A stretch of 64,000 nt of DNA from Octopus sinensis (Eukaryota). The first letter of the stretch is position 1. The number at the start of each line of letters is the position of its first letter. The notes under the pieces are model-generated. The model saw only the letters and a program-made list of their open reading frames with translations. It had not been told where the DNA came from and did no database searches. Location: positions 33,170,001 through 33,234,000 of the forward strand of contig NC_043006.1 in assembly GCF_006345805.1 (NCBI RefSeq). The letters run 5' to 3'. Shown here one piece after another: positions 53,040-64,000 of the stretch. The translations under genes and the position numbers were made by a program.

Positions 53040-53870
53040 ATCATTGTACTAATTTTCCTCGCCATTCTGCAAACAGTTCAATATCTCTGAGCTCTAAATC
53101 ACCTGTGTTCCTCCATGGACTTTCACCAGGATTCGAAAGTATGAATATATTTAGTTCAGTGTTTTATTGTATTTTCCTCTAATTTTTCTCCAATTTTCCC
53201 CCAATTTTCTCTTAAAATTTTGTCGCATCTTACCCTAAACCCAGCTTATTCATTTTTCTCATTTTTTTTTCATTTTACTCTTTAATGATTTTCTTCCGTT
53301 TATATGCTTTCCCTTCTACTTATACGCTTTGTGCATACTTCTTTCGCATTTCTCTTGCCCCTCCACATACCTCCTCAGCTTTCTTCCTTCACAGAACTAA
53401 AATTACATTGCACTCTCTTTTTCTTCTCTTACTCATAATTTTCTTTCACTTCACAACATCTCACACCCACAACCTCACACTTCTGTCGTCTCCGCTCACA
53501 TTTTTCTCACTTTCTTTTTACCTCACACTTGCGTTCGCTTCCACCTCCTTACTCCCAAGATTTCCTCAACACACTTAGCAGTTACACACCTACACTAACA
53601 CACATACCCCTATACTTCGGTACGTGCACAACCCTAGACGCATACACACACCACACACGGAACATAGAACCGCATTCTCACCACCCCAAAGAACCGCATT
53701 CTCACCTGGCCCCTAAACATTCTCACCTGGCTCCCTAACATCTCGCTCATTTCATCTCAGCCACGTTTCCTTTCTTTACGTTTTTTTTTTTTCTGATCAT
53801 GGACTAACGTCCGAAACGGTAAGACTCCTACATTTTTAAGCATCAAAATAATACAATATTTATTAAAACT
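53040..53870 (+). mobile_element. Probable PLE 3' region (pyrimidine/CA-rich UTR ending in hammerhead-like motif)
   Basis: Weak ORF-end similarity (ISEL/KS..FLHGLS), C/A-rich UTR, then CTGATCA-T-GGAC-TAAC-GTCC-GAAA-CGG-TA at 53793-53821. Confidence 0.45.
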
Positions 53871-54825
53871 TGTCTCTTCTGCTTTGCTATTTTTTATATT
53901 TGTCCATTGCCTTTACTATACACACACACACACACACATACACACACACACATACACACAACGACGATAATGCTGCCTTGATACTTGTAGTGCCTTCTTC
54001 AGTTTCTGCTGTTGAAAACCTTGTCTGGATTATACCGCTATCTTTTCAAAAGAAACAGTTATATCTCATCGGCTTCATTTTACAAAAAGTGTTTTTAGAT
54101 TATGTGATTTGGCAAAAAATAAGGACTACCTGTATCGCTTCTTGCCTATCTCTGTTCATCCGATTCTACAAAATGTTATACATATATTTCTATTTCACTG
54201 TATTCATCAATGTACTAAATGCTTAAAAACATATTTTTAGCAATTTCAGAAAATTAAATTGTTCGTAAATGTTTGGAAAATGTTTTGGTAAAAACTTAAA
54301 CAAAACAAAATAATTCTTTAAATACAAAATAAGGAAAATAAAATCTGTTAAATTCTGTTTGTATATTTGTAACATAAGTTAATAATTTCTCCACAGCAAC
54401 CAAAAGAAAGCGTGGTGTGAAATGTTCAAACCTTGGGGAAAATCTAAAATTATGGTCGTCTAACTAAATTTCGACTACAAAATATAATTGAAGTTGCTGT
54501 CATTTTTCAATATTAATAATTGTTAATTAGGAATATTTCATAATTGATTCTACTTACTAATCACTTTACTTACTAATTAATTCATACTGTTTCCCTTTCA
54601 GCTCAATCAATGCGTTACTCTTCTTAATAGAATTATCCGAACACAAAATTTTAATTAAATACTGCAAAATATATTTATGAAAACATTATTACTTTAAGAA
54701 ATGCAGTTAGTTGGGTGTGCAGAAAAAGGAATATGTTTCGAATCATGATTGATGCAGCGCGTTATTCTTATCATCTAAATTCTTAAGATTTGTTCGTTCA
54801 ATTTCACGGAAAGTAAATATATTTA

Positions 54826-54986
54826 GTTCTATATTTAAGAGATGAAGAATTATGTACATTATTTACATTTGACGGATAGTTGGCCTCATCTTGTTTGTTG
54901 TTAACACAACGTTTCGGGCATATGGCGTAGTGGATAAGAACGCGGGCTAATACCCACAAGATTCCGAGTTCGATTTCATACAGTGA

Positions 54987-55025
<39 letters not shown>

Positions 55026-55161
55026 TCGAAAAATACCTTAGCAATGAGAACCCAGGTTCGAAATTTCCCCAAGACACCTGATGAAGGCTGAAGGGTATAT
55101 CAGTCGAAACGTTGTGTTAGCAACAAACAAGATGAGGACAAATATGTAAATAATGTAAATG
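54826..55161 (+). mobile_element. Composite tRNA-head / hammerhead / inverted-end element, copy 2
   Basis: Inverted 3'-end copy 54826-54916; A box TGGCGTAGTGG (~54922) and B box GAGTTCGATTT (54966-54976); (AAT)n linker; hammerhead 55073-55118; 3' tail to ~55161. Confidence 0.85.
55073..55118 (+). ncRNA. Minimal type-I hammerhead ribozyme motif
   Basis: Stem I GACAC/GUGUU; core CUGAUGA plus one extra A; stem II GGCUGA/UCAGUC; GAAA; palindromic stem III AACGUU; predicted GUU cleavage after 55113. Folded by hand only. Confidence 0.65.
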
Positions 55162-55570
55162 TATTTCTTTTTTGGGTACAACACTATTTTGTAATAGGAA
55201 ATAATATTGTGGAACTCAAAGCATTTAAATTTTCTTCTCTTACCGACCAGGAGTAAACAACGGAAAACGGCGCTTAATCATTGTGTCTAAACTAGCCAAT
55301 GTGTTTCCTGAGTTTCGATGTGTCTGGAGAGAAATAATCTACGGTGGTTATTTCTTCTCACTGCAATCGATCATCGCTACTCACATTCGTTGACGAATGG
55401 GAATCGCAACACACAACATTCAATATCCAAAAGTTAGGATATTCAATCTCTACTAATTGATCTTTAGTTATTTTGCCCGTCGCAGATAACATCCCAAAAC
55501 CTACCAATTTGATGGTAGGTTTTTCTATAATTCTGTACGAGAATTGTTCTCACGTGTAATTTTGTGAGTA

Positions 55571-55621
<51 letters not shown>

Positions 55622-55638
55622 GTAAGTATGTATGTATA

Positions 55639-56469
55639 TACGTGGTCTGATCAATAAGTATCCGGACTGTCGCCATAGCAATGAAGCTAAAGCACGCAAA
55701 GTAAAGCCGCTTGGTACAGATTGACCTTGAACTCTGCTGTTCATGCGCACTAGGTTTTAATGTTCTAGCTCACTTCCGCTGTTTACAGCAGTGCTTGGAA
55801 GGAACGTGTACAGCGTGTGATCGGTGCACTGAACAGAGGCCTACGCAAAGTTGTAGAAAGCGTATGGAGAGGAGTGTATGGGTAGCACAGCAGTATAAGA
55901 GTGGCCGAAAAAATGCCGATATTGACGAACGTTCTGGGAGACTCCCCAACCAGCAGAACTGAGAAAAACATCGCACATGTTCGTGCTGCTGTGAGGGTAA
56001 ATCTGAGTTATTAGAGAATGTGAAGAGTAGTTACGGTTCAGTTCAGTCCGTTATCACTGATGATTTGGGTATGAGACGTGTGTCTGCCAAGTTTGTGCCA
56101 AAACGGCTTTCAGCTGACCGAAAAGACACTCGGGTTTCAGTCGCACAAGATCTCCTTGATTGTGTCGAGAACAATGAAAACGTTTTTGAAAACTCTGCGT
56201 AGGCTTCTGAGCAGGTATCGCCATGCTTTTGGTAAAATTCGATGCAGATTCGCTGCTCAACTTTCTCTGTCATGGTCAATGCAACGATCACACGCTACAC
56301 ACCTTCCTTCCAAACACTGCTGTAAACAGCGGAAGTGAGTTAGAACGTTAAAACTTAGTGCGCATGCACAACAGAGATCGAGATCAATTTGTGCCAATCG
56401 ACTTTACTTTCTGTGCTTTAGCTTTGTTACTATAGCAACCATCCGGATACTTTTTGATCAGACGACGCA
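55639..56469. mobile_element. Mariner fold-back non-autonomous element made of two inverted 5' ends
   Basis: TA-CGTGGTCTGATCAATAAGTATCCGGA and TCCGGATACTTTTTGATCAGACGACG ends. The left arm runs into the transposase N-terminus (SYGSVQSVITDDLGMRRVSAKFVPKRLS...VAQDLLDCVENNENVF). The right arm is an inverted 5' end encoding MTEKVEQRICIEFYQKHGDTCSEAY. Confidence 0.85.
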
Positions 56470-57789
56470 TGTGCATAAGTATGTGTATCTGTAAGTATAC
56501 TAGCATATAAGTACATACATATGCAAGTATTTATGTATATATAAATGTGTGTGTATGTGTGTGTGTATTCCATGTATTTAAATACATACAAACAAGGCAC
56601 ATTGCTCATAAACACGTATTTAATTGTTTCGTTCAAACACTAATTTTGTACAGCTACACAGAGCCACCGTGAGGAGACTAACAGAGATGTTTTCTTTTGT
56701 ATTCAAACATCTAAAACGGCGACACGAATCCTTCCGAATTATCTGATTGTATAAGCTGAAACTTGTTAGTTTAATCATCAGAATTTCAAAAACAGTTTGT
56801 TCTACAATCTGCCTGTTGACGTTACAACAAAACCCTTTTCAATTGTTTTCATTCACGTTCACCTATTTTCTCATCCTCCGTTGATTAGTAGATGTGATAA
56901 CTAAAATAACAAATAATTAAGCAATATCCAATATCATACGAGATTGTGAAACAAAACACTTTCCATTTTCTTTTTCCTATTCATCTCTTCCTTCTCCTCA
57001 CACACACAAATATATTAATATATATATATTTTATGTGGCGAAAAATTTTTCAGGCTTCGAAGTAAAGAAACACTGAATATCATTTTAACCCCTTTACAAT
57101 TAATTAATTGTTCTCCCTCTAAATTTATGATCTGGAAAGATGTTCGTCAAACGGAGTATGTACAGGAGAGTAAGGAGAATGAAGCAAAACGTCCGTATTC
57201 AGTGTCATAGTTAATCTCCCAACCCCGAGTCACCTGAGAAACGTATGGACTTGCATTATCGCGTAAATGATGGATGTTTCTTCGGTAAATCTTTTGTACA
57301 GAACTTCCAATTGACGCCAGTAATTCTTAGCATTGATTGTTTCGTTTTGGTTAAAGACTTGAGGACAGACAACGTTCTCCACATCTCACCAAACACAAAG
57401 CGTTACTTTTTATGAGTGCATTTCAGGTTTGGGAACGGAATCTTCTTTTTCATTGAATCGTAACCAATATCCCTTTCGTTGGATATGATTATAGAACACC
57501 CACTTTTTATCCCTTGTTATTATTCTGCCCAGGAATGACTTCATAGAATGATTTCTCTTCAATAACGAGTAGAGGGCAACTCATTGACTGAGCTGAAGAG
57601 CCATCAAATTATGAGGGGCCCAGTGACACGTTTAAACACTTTTCTAGTTCATGAAGGCGTTTTGTGATTGAAGTGTGATTTAAATTGAATCGTTTTCCTA
57701 ATTCTCATGTACTTGCTTTGGATTTTCCTCAACTACGGACGCGAAAAGTACCGACAAAATGACCATGTCAAAAATAGATTGATAAAAAC

Positions 57790-58083
57790 TAGCACTCGGT
57801 CAGTTACGACGACGAGGCTTCCAGATGATCCGATCAACGGAACAGCCTGCTCGTGAAATTAACGTGCAAGTGGCTGAGCATTCCACAGATACACGCACCC
57901 TTAACGTAATTCTTAAGGAGATTCAGCGTGAGAAGGCTAGCCCCATCTGAATTACAGGTACTGCTTATTTTTGCCAGATTAGTGACTGGAGTAATGTGGA
58001 ATAAAGTATTTTGCTCAAGAACACAACGCGCTGCTGGGGATTCGAACGCACAACCTTACGATCGTGAGGTGAATACTCTAACC
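57790..58083 (-). mobile_element. SINE family E with tail D
   Basis: GATCCGATCAACGGAACAGCCTGCTCGTGAAATTAACGTGCAAGTGG...TTGCTCAAGAACACAACGCG...GGGATTCGAAC. Confidence 0.8.
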
Positions 58084-58217
58084 AATGATGGATGTTTCTT
58101 CGGTAAATCTTTTGTACAGAACTTCCAATTGACGCCAGTACTTCTTAGCATTGACAATCGTGCAGACAGACAGACAGACAGACATATATGCATACATCTG
58201 CAGATATGTTTATATAT

Positions 58218-58378
58218 TATTCGTTTCAGTCATTTGACAGTGGCCATGCTGGAGCACCGACTTTCGTCGAACAAATCGACCCCAGGGCTTATTCTTTGTA
58301 AGCCTAGTACTTATTCTATCGGTCTCTTTTGCCGAACAGCAAAAGACGTAAACACACCAACACCGGTTGCCAAATACA

Positions 58379-58430
<52 letters not shown>

Positions 58431-58612
58431 ACACACATATATATATATATACTATGGGCTTCTTTCAGTTTCCATCTACCAAATCCACTCACAAGGCTTT
58501 GGTCGGCCCGAGGCTATAGTAGAAGACACTTGCCCAAGGTGCCACGCAGCGTAACTGAACCCGGAACCATGTGGTTGGGAAGCAAGCTACTTACTACACC
58601 GCCACTCCAGCG
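58218..58612 (-). mobile_element. SINE family A
   Basis: Full-length homolog with internal (CA)n. Confidence 0.85.
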
Positions 58613-58630
58613 TCTATAATATATATGTGC

Positions 58631-58673
<43 letters not shown>

Positions 58674-59112
58674 CATATATGTTTGTGCGTGTGCATATAT
58701 ACATATGTGTGTATGTGTGTGTGTCTGTATTCATATATATATATATATAACAGATAAATACACACATACACACATATATGTATGCATATGATGTAATTAA
58801 GTCTACACAAACCCTTGATTTGTCCAAACGAAATATTTAGTAATTGAAAGGTTTCTCTAAGCAATTAGAAAATAATTAAATCTATAACAAAGACTTATTT
58901 GAATTTAATTAAACAAAAGGAATTAATCAGTATTTCGGTTATATAACGAAAAACGTCTTTTCTCTTTCCAGCCACACGTCTCGATGTTTCAGCACCCACG
59001 TGAACTTTCATCTGAAGTTGATTAAAGACTGATATTCGTGAACCTAAAATGTATGAAGCAGAGCTGTCATAGAGTTGACGCAAAGCGAGATAAGCAAAGG
59101 AATAGGTGCTGG

Positions 59113-59792
59113 TGGGGTAAAATGAGTAATTTCTGATTTCATGTTATTTTTTCTCTGTCTGTTTGGAATCATTGCATTGCGAGTATTGCATCACCATTTT
59201 ACTTCGTTGCATCATCTTTACGAGTAAAAATTGGTCAGCATGACTGTTGTTGTTGACGTTGAAAGAGTCTGGAACATAGTCAGGTCACAGGTAATGTTTT
59301 TTTAAAGAAATTTTCCCTCAATTTTGACCCGACTGTAATTGCGGTTGCTAACAAAATAATATTTTGTTGTTTAACAATCATTTCTATATTGGATTCCAAG
59401 TTAATTTTTACTCACACTGATGTCTAATCTGATCATTTTAAATCTTCTAAAAAATTGTCGAAGATGGGGCAAAATGAGCCGTGACTAATTTCAATAATTT
59501 CTTCTCTTTACCTACATGATAGGTTGATGTGGGACACTCCAGCAGATCGTGGGGAAGCTATAGAGAATATCTTATGCTGAGTTTTTTATTTAGTGGAGTT
59601 TCGTTAATTTCATATTATGCGCCGTTTTCCCCTGATCCTCTTTCATTTGACCAAGATATTTAAAATTTTTGTTGCATTTCTGATCTTTTTGATGTCTAAA
59701 GATGGATATTGATGTGTATGAGTCTTTTTTTCAAATGTAATTCAGAACTAACTGAAGAGGCCAATTTATTTTGGCTTACTCATTTTGCCCCA
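59113..59792. mobile_element. Segment bounded by 17-bp inverted repeats, probable old DNA-transposon derivative
   Basis: TGGGGTAAAATGAGTAA (59113-59129) and TTACTCATTTTGCCCCA (59776-59792), 16/17 match; a third direct copy TGGGGCAAAATGAGCC at 59465. Confidence 0.45.
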
Positions 59793-60917
59793 ACTAAATT
59801 TAACATGCTTAAAGAGAAGGGAAATAATTTTCTAAAATAGTGTTCAAGTTATGTTATGATGCTTTTAATGCGTTTAGAGAAGGTCAAAGCTGATACAGTT
59901 TTTGTAAGGTCGTGAATATTTGTAAAAAAATATATTTCTTCTCAAATTCAAAAATACAGAAAACATTTCTCATTGTGTCCTACTCCTAGTGATAAGACCG
60001 GCGTTCTTATATTCAACCAAAATATATCCACTGTACTGAAGCAGAAAAAATACCTCCAGAGAACTTTCCAGGTGGCTAAATTTAATTACTGTTAAAACAA
60101 CCCAGGAGACATACATACATAATATGGTAGAGTTATCTAAACGAGGTATTTAATAGAAGGGTGCTCTTTTACTAATTAAAATATGTTTGTATAGGTCTGT
60201 GTCTGTGTACATATGTGTAATGGTTGTATATGTGTGTACAGCCATGTGTATGCGTGTATAGCTGTATATGTTTGTACGAGTTTGTGGAAGTATTGGTGTA
60301 CGCATGCGTGTGAGGTATGTTACTAATTGCCAAATCTTTGTTGAATATTTACGGGTACATAGAAAGAGATTTATCTTAGAAAGCACACGTAATTATACAG
60401 ATGTACACTGATGTTCGTGTGGTAGAGGTCAGTATGCGGATCTTTCTGTTTGTTATGGGGTTATATCATCGACCTTTTATATGTATTTTCCCAAATAGGA
60501 TATATTCATTTATACGATGAATCAAATTTGGTTATTTTTCTCGTACTAAGACAGACATATATTAATTTTACAAGCAAAACGGTTATAACGACTTCGACAT
60601 TTCGGATTAACAGTGATTACTAGCTATATCTTAATTTAATCTTCAAGCTTTATATATAATGTTTTTGGTAGGGTGTTACTTTCATGGGTGGAGTGATGTG
60701 TATAAACCCAAGCAATAACAAATTTCCCTTATCAAACCAGTGACACAGTCTCCACCATTCCCTCTTCTTCACCACCAAGAAATACAAACTTTTTCCAGCC
60801 TTTCTCCATAATCCTTCCTACACAACTACTCTTTTCTGCCTACAAACTGACTTACATTACACATAATTTTCATATTCATTACTCCATCCACCAAAGGAGC
60901 GCCCTTCCAAAACCACT

Positions 60918-60985
<68 letters not shown>

Positions 60986-61014
60986 TGTGTGTGTGTGTTT
61001 GTATGTGTGTATGC

Positions 61015-61074
<60 letters not shown>

Positions 61075-61084
61075 GTATGTATAT

Positions 61085-61360
61085 ATATATGTATGTATGT
61101 ATATATTTACTTATGTATATATATGTATGTATATATATATGTATGTATGTATATATTTACTTATGTATATATATATGTATGTATGTATATATTTACTTAT
61201 GTATATATATGTATGTATATATATATGTATGTATGTATATATTTACTTATGTATATATATGTATGTATATATATATGTATGTATATATTTACTTATGTAT
61301 ATATATGTATGTATATATATATGTATGTATGTATATATTTACTTATGTATATATATGCAT
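61085..61360. repeat. ~50-bp minisatellite embedded in (TA)/(TATG) microsatellite
   Basis: The marker ATATATTTACTTATG recurs six times (~61101, 61151, 61187, 61237, 61283, 61333). Confidence 0.85.
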
Positions 61361-61519
61361 GTATATATAGTATCGAATACTTATAGTACCGAATGCTTAT
61401 ATGCCAACATAACGTGGCAGTCCTTTAAAGGACGATGTTACTGTTGTTTTGGCCCCAGGAAAACATCTTTTCCAGCTAGCTATCGACACACAGTTTGTGT
61501 CCGTATTTACCATTTTTAA

Positions 61520-61822
61520 ACTTGATGCTTATTCTATCAGTTTCTTTTATTGGTGTTATGGGAAATAAACACACCAATACCACTTATATATACATATATA
61601 TGTATGTATGTATGTACGTATGTATGTATGTATGTATATATTTATATATATACACACATATATATATATACATATATATATGTATATATATCCACTGATA
61701 AGGTTTTGATCGGGTCGAGGTTATAAGAAAAGACACTTGCCAAATGTGGCACGCAGTGGGACTGAACCCGGAACCACGTGGATGAGAAGCAAACCTCTAA
61801 CCACATAGTCACGCCTGCGCTT
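61520..61822 (-). mobile_element. SINE family A, partially deleted
   Basis: GACACTTGCCAAATGTGGCACGCAGTGGGACTGAACCCGGAACCAC. Confidence 0.75.
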
Positions 61823-61891
61823 AAACATACACGAATACACACATGCATACTTATACAAACACAGTCGCACATATATGTATATATGTATGTA

Positions 61892-61980
<89 letters not shown>

Positions 61981-62389
61981 GTGCATATACACATACATAT
62001 ATACAGGTGTGTGTGTATAATGATAAATATCAACACAAATTAGAAGCTTGGCTTCAACGTCAACCTACAAACCATGCCATTTATGACATTAAAGCAGGTG
62101 TTTGCTCCAACATTATCAAATTTTCTAAAATCACATTTTGAAACTAAATTTATTTAATTCTCTTTGAACATCAAACATTATACAATTTTACAAGAAAGAT
62201 GAAAAGAACGTCGAGTGGAAAGCCAGGCCTTATCGTTCCTATCATTGCGCTTGTCTTTAGCATTATTGCCATCGTCATCGTCATGCTTGCCCTCGCTGCC
62301 GTCGTAGGTGTCATTGTAGTCATCATGGCCATGACTAATCGTTTGGAATTGTTTCAAATGTCGGTACAAGGCCCGCAACTTTAGTGGGG

Positions 62390-62905
62390 GGGAAGGGGTT
62401 AGTCGGTTACGTCTACCCCAGGACACAAATGGCATACTCATTTCATCGACTCCGAACGGTAGAAAGACAAAGGTCGACGTCAGCGGAATTTAAATTCAGA
62501 ATGTTAAGACGGACGATGCAAGAGAAGACCGAGTAAAATGAAAGGAAAAATAAAACCGTGTGTGTGTGTGTATAAAATTTATGCATAAAATTTCATTAAA
62601 ATCGGTTGGGTGGACCTCGAGTTATAACATGACTAACACACAGACAGGTACACGTCCTGTGTTTTATATATATATGTTTCTTTATTACCCACAAGGGGCT
62701 AAACATAGAGGGGATAAACAAGAACAGACAAACGAATTAAGTCGATTACATCGGCCCCAGTGTGCAACTGGTACTTAATTTATCGACCCCGAAAGGATGA
62801 AAGGCAAAGTCAACCTCAGCGGAATTTGAACTCAGAACGTAACCACAGACGAAATACAGCCACGCATTTTGCCCGGCGTGCTAACGTTTCTGCCAGCTCG
62901 CCGCC
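62390..62905 (-). mobile_element. Two SINE family B copies (62390-62512; 62672-62905, the latter with Tx1-like tail)
   Basis: The second copy ends (plus strand) TTTCTTTATTACCCACAAGGGGCTAAACATAGAGGGGATAAACAAG, the reverse complement of the tail at 46160-46209. Confidence 0.8.
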
Positions 62906-63199
62906 TGTTTTATATATATATATAGATGTGTTTTACATATATAGATGTGTGTGTGTGTCTGTGTGTGTCTGTGTGTGTGTGAAGCTGATAAAACTAAATA
63001 CAATTTGCGATAAAAAATTTGCAGTTTTATTTTGATTAAAATATCAGAGGCTTCAGTGCAAAACCTTTTACTACAGTTTGCCTGTATTTAGCGTTTCTGA
63101 CTGTTACTCACTTCCATTATGTTTGTTCTTTTTAATCTCCCTCTACCAGCGTAACCCACGGGACACACATAGCGTTTTATTATATGTAAGCTGAGTAAA

Positions 63200-63400
63200 T
63201 CAAGGCAGCGAGCTGGAAGAATCGTTTGCACGCCAGATAAAACGTTTAGCAGCATTTATTCCGGCTTTACGTTCTAAATTCCACCGAGGTCAACTTTGCT
63301 TTTCGTCTTTTCGGGGTCGATAAAATAAGTCCCAGCCGAGAGCTCTAGCCGAAGTAATCGATTATCCACCCACCACCAAATTTCTATATCTCAAGTAGAA
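63200..63400 (+). mobile_element. SINE family B
   Basis: GGCAGCGAGCTGGAAGAATCG...CAACTTTGCTTTTCGTCTTTTCGGGGTCGATAAAATAAGT. Confidence 0.8.
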
Positions 63401-63653
63401 ATAATTATGAGTCGTGATAATAAAACAGAATCAACAGTTGTTGCCGAACACAATTTCAACCCGTGAGCACTATTTTACCTCTTGAGTTTATATCAAAACA
63501 ATGGAGGATTCCACCATAGAGATTCTATTACTCCTGCTGTAAAGCCACAGTTCCTCAGAGTTATCTAGTTGAATATCTCACCCGTCTAAGCCCACCCAGT
63601 CTTCCCTCTTCTTGTCACCTATTCTTTGTCACCTCTCCGCAGTGCTAGCACAC

Positions 63654-63960
63654 TGTGGAGGCACATGGCTTAGTGGTTAGAGCAGCGGACTCGCGGTCGA
63701 GGGATCGTGGGTTCGAATCTCAGACCGGGTGATGTGTGTTTATGAGCGAAACACCTAAGCTCCACGCGGCTCCGGCAGATGGTAATGGCGAAACCTCTGC
63801 TGACTCTTTCGCCACAACTTTCTTTCACTCTTTCCTCTTGCATCTTGCAGCTCACCTGCGACGGACTGGCGTCCCGTCCAGGTGGGGAACCTATACGCCA
63901 AGAAACCGGGGAATCAGCCCTTATGAGCCAGGCATGGCTCGATAAGGAACAAACAACAAC
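63654..63960 (+). mobile_element. SINE family C with V-domain-like tail and (AAC)n end
   Basis: Family C head, then CCTGCGACGGACTGGCGTCCCGTCCAGGTGGGG (recalls the V-SINE central domain), then TATGAGCC...GGCTCGATAAGGAACAAACAACAAC. Confidence 0.75.
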
Positions 63961-64000
63961 TAACACACTGACTAAACTAACTAAACCTGCTTCTCCTCAA

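Overview
AT-rich eukaryotic non-coding DNA dominated by simple repeats and decayed mobile elements. The repeat families look like those of octopus (coleoid cephalopod) genomes; this is by recall, not a search. I found no host protein-coding gene. Almost every ORF in the track is either a microsatellite translation or a broken transposon frame, so the window is probably a gene desert or a very long intron. Recognisable content: Penelope-like element (PLE) remnants, several with hammerhead-ribozyme-like motifs; three stacked Tx1-like LINE 3' ends in (TATC)n; a decayed R4/Dong-like LINE plus three stacked R4/Dong 3' ends in (TAA)n-type repeats; a mariner and a Tigger/pogo pseudogene; two mariner fold-back elements; TIR-bounded MITEs; about 30 tRNA-headed SINE copies from at least five modular families; and one 100-N scaffold gap. 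The most interesting object is a twice-present composite element (27815-28140 and 54826-55161). It joins a tRNA-like Pol III head, a minimal type-I hammerhead ribozyme and an inverted terminal duplication that breaks at the ribozyme cleavage region, which suggests a SINE mobilised by PLE machinery.
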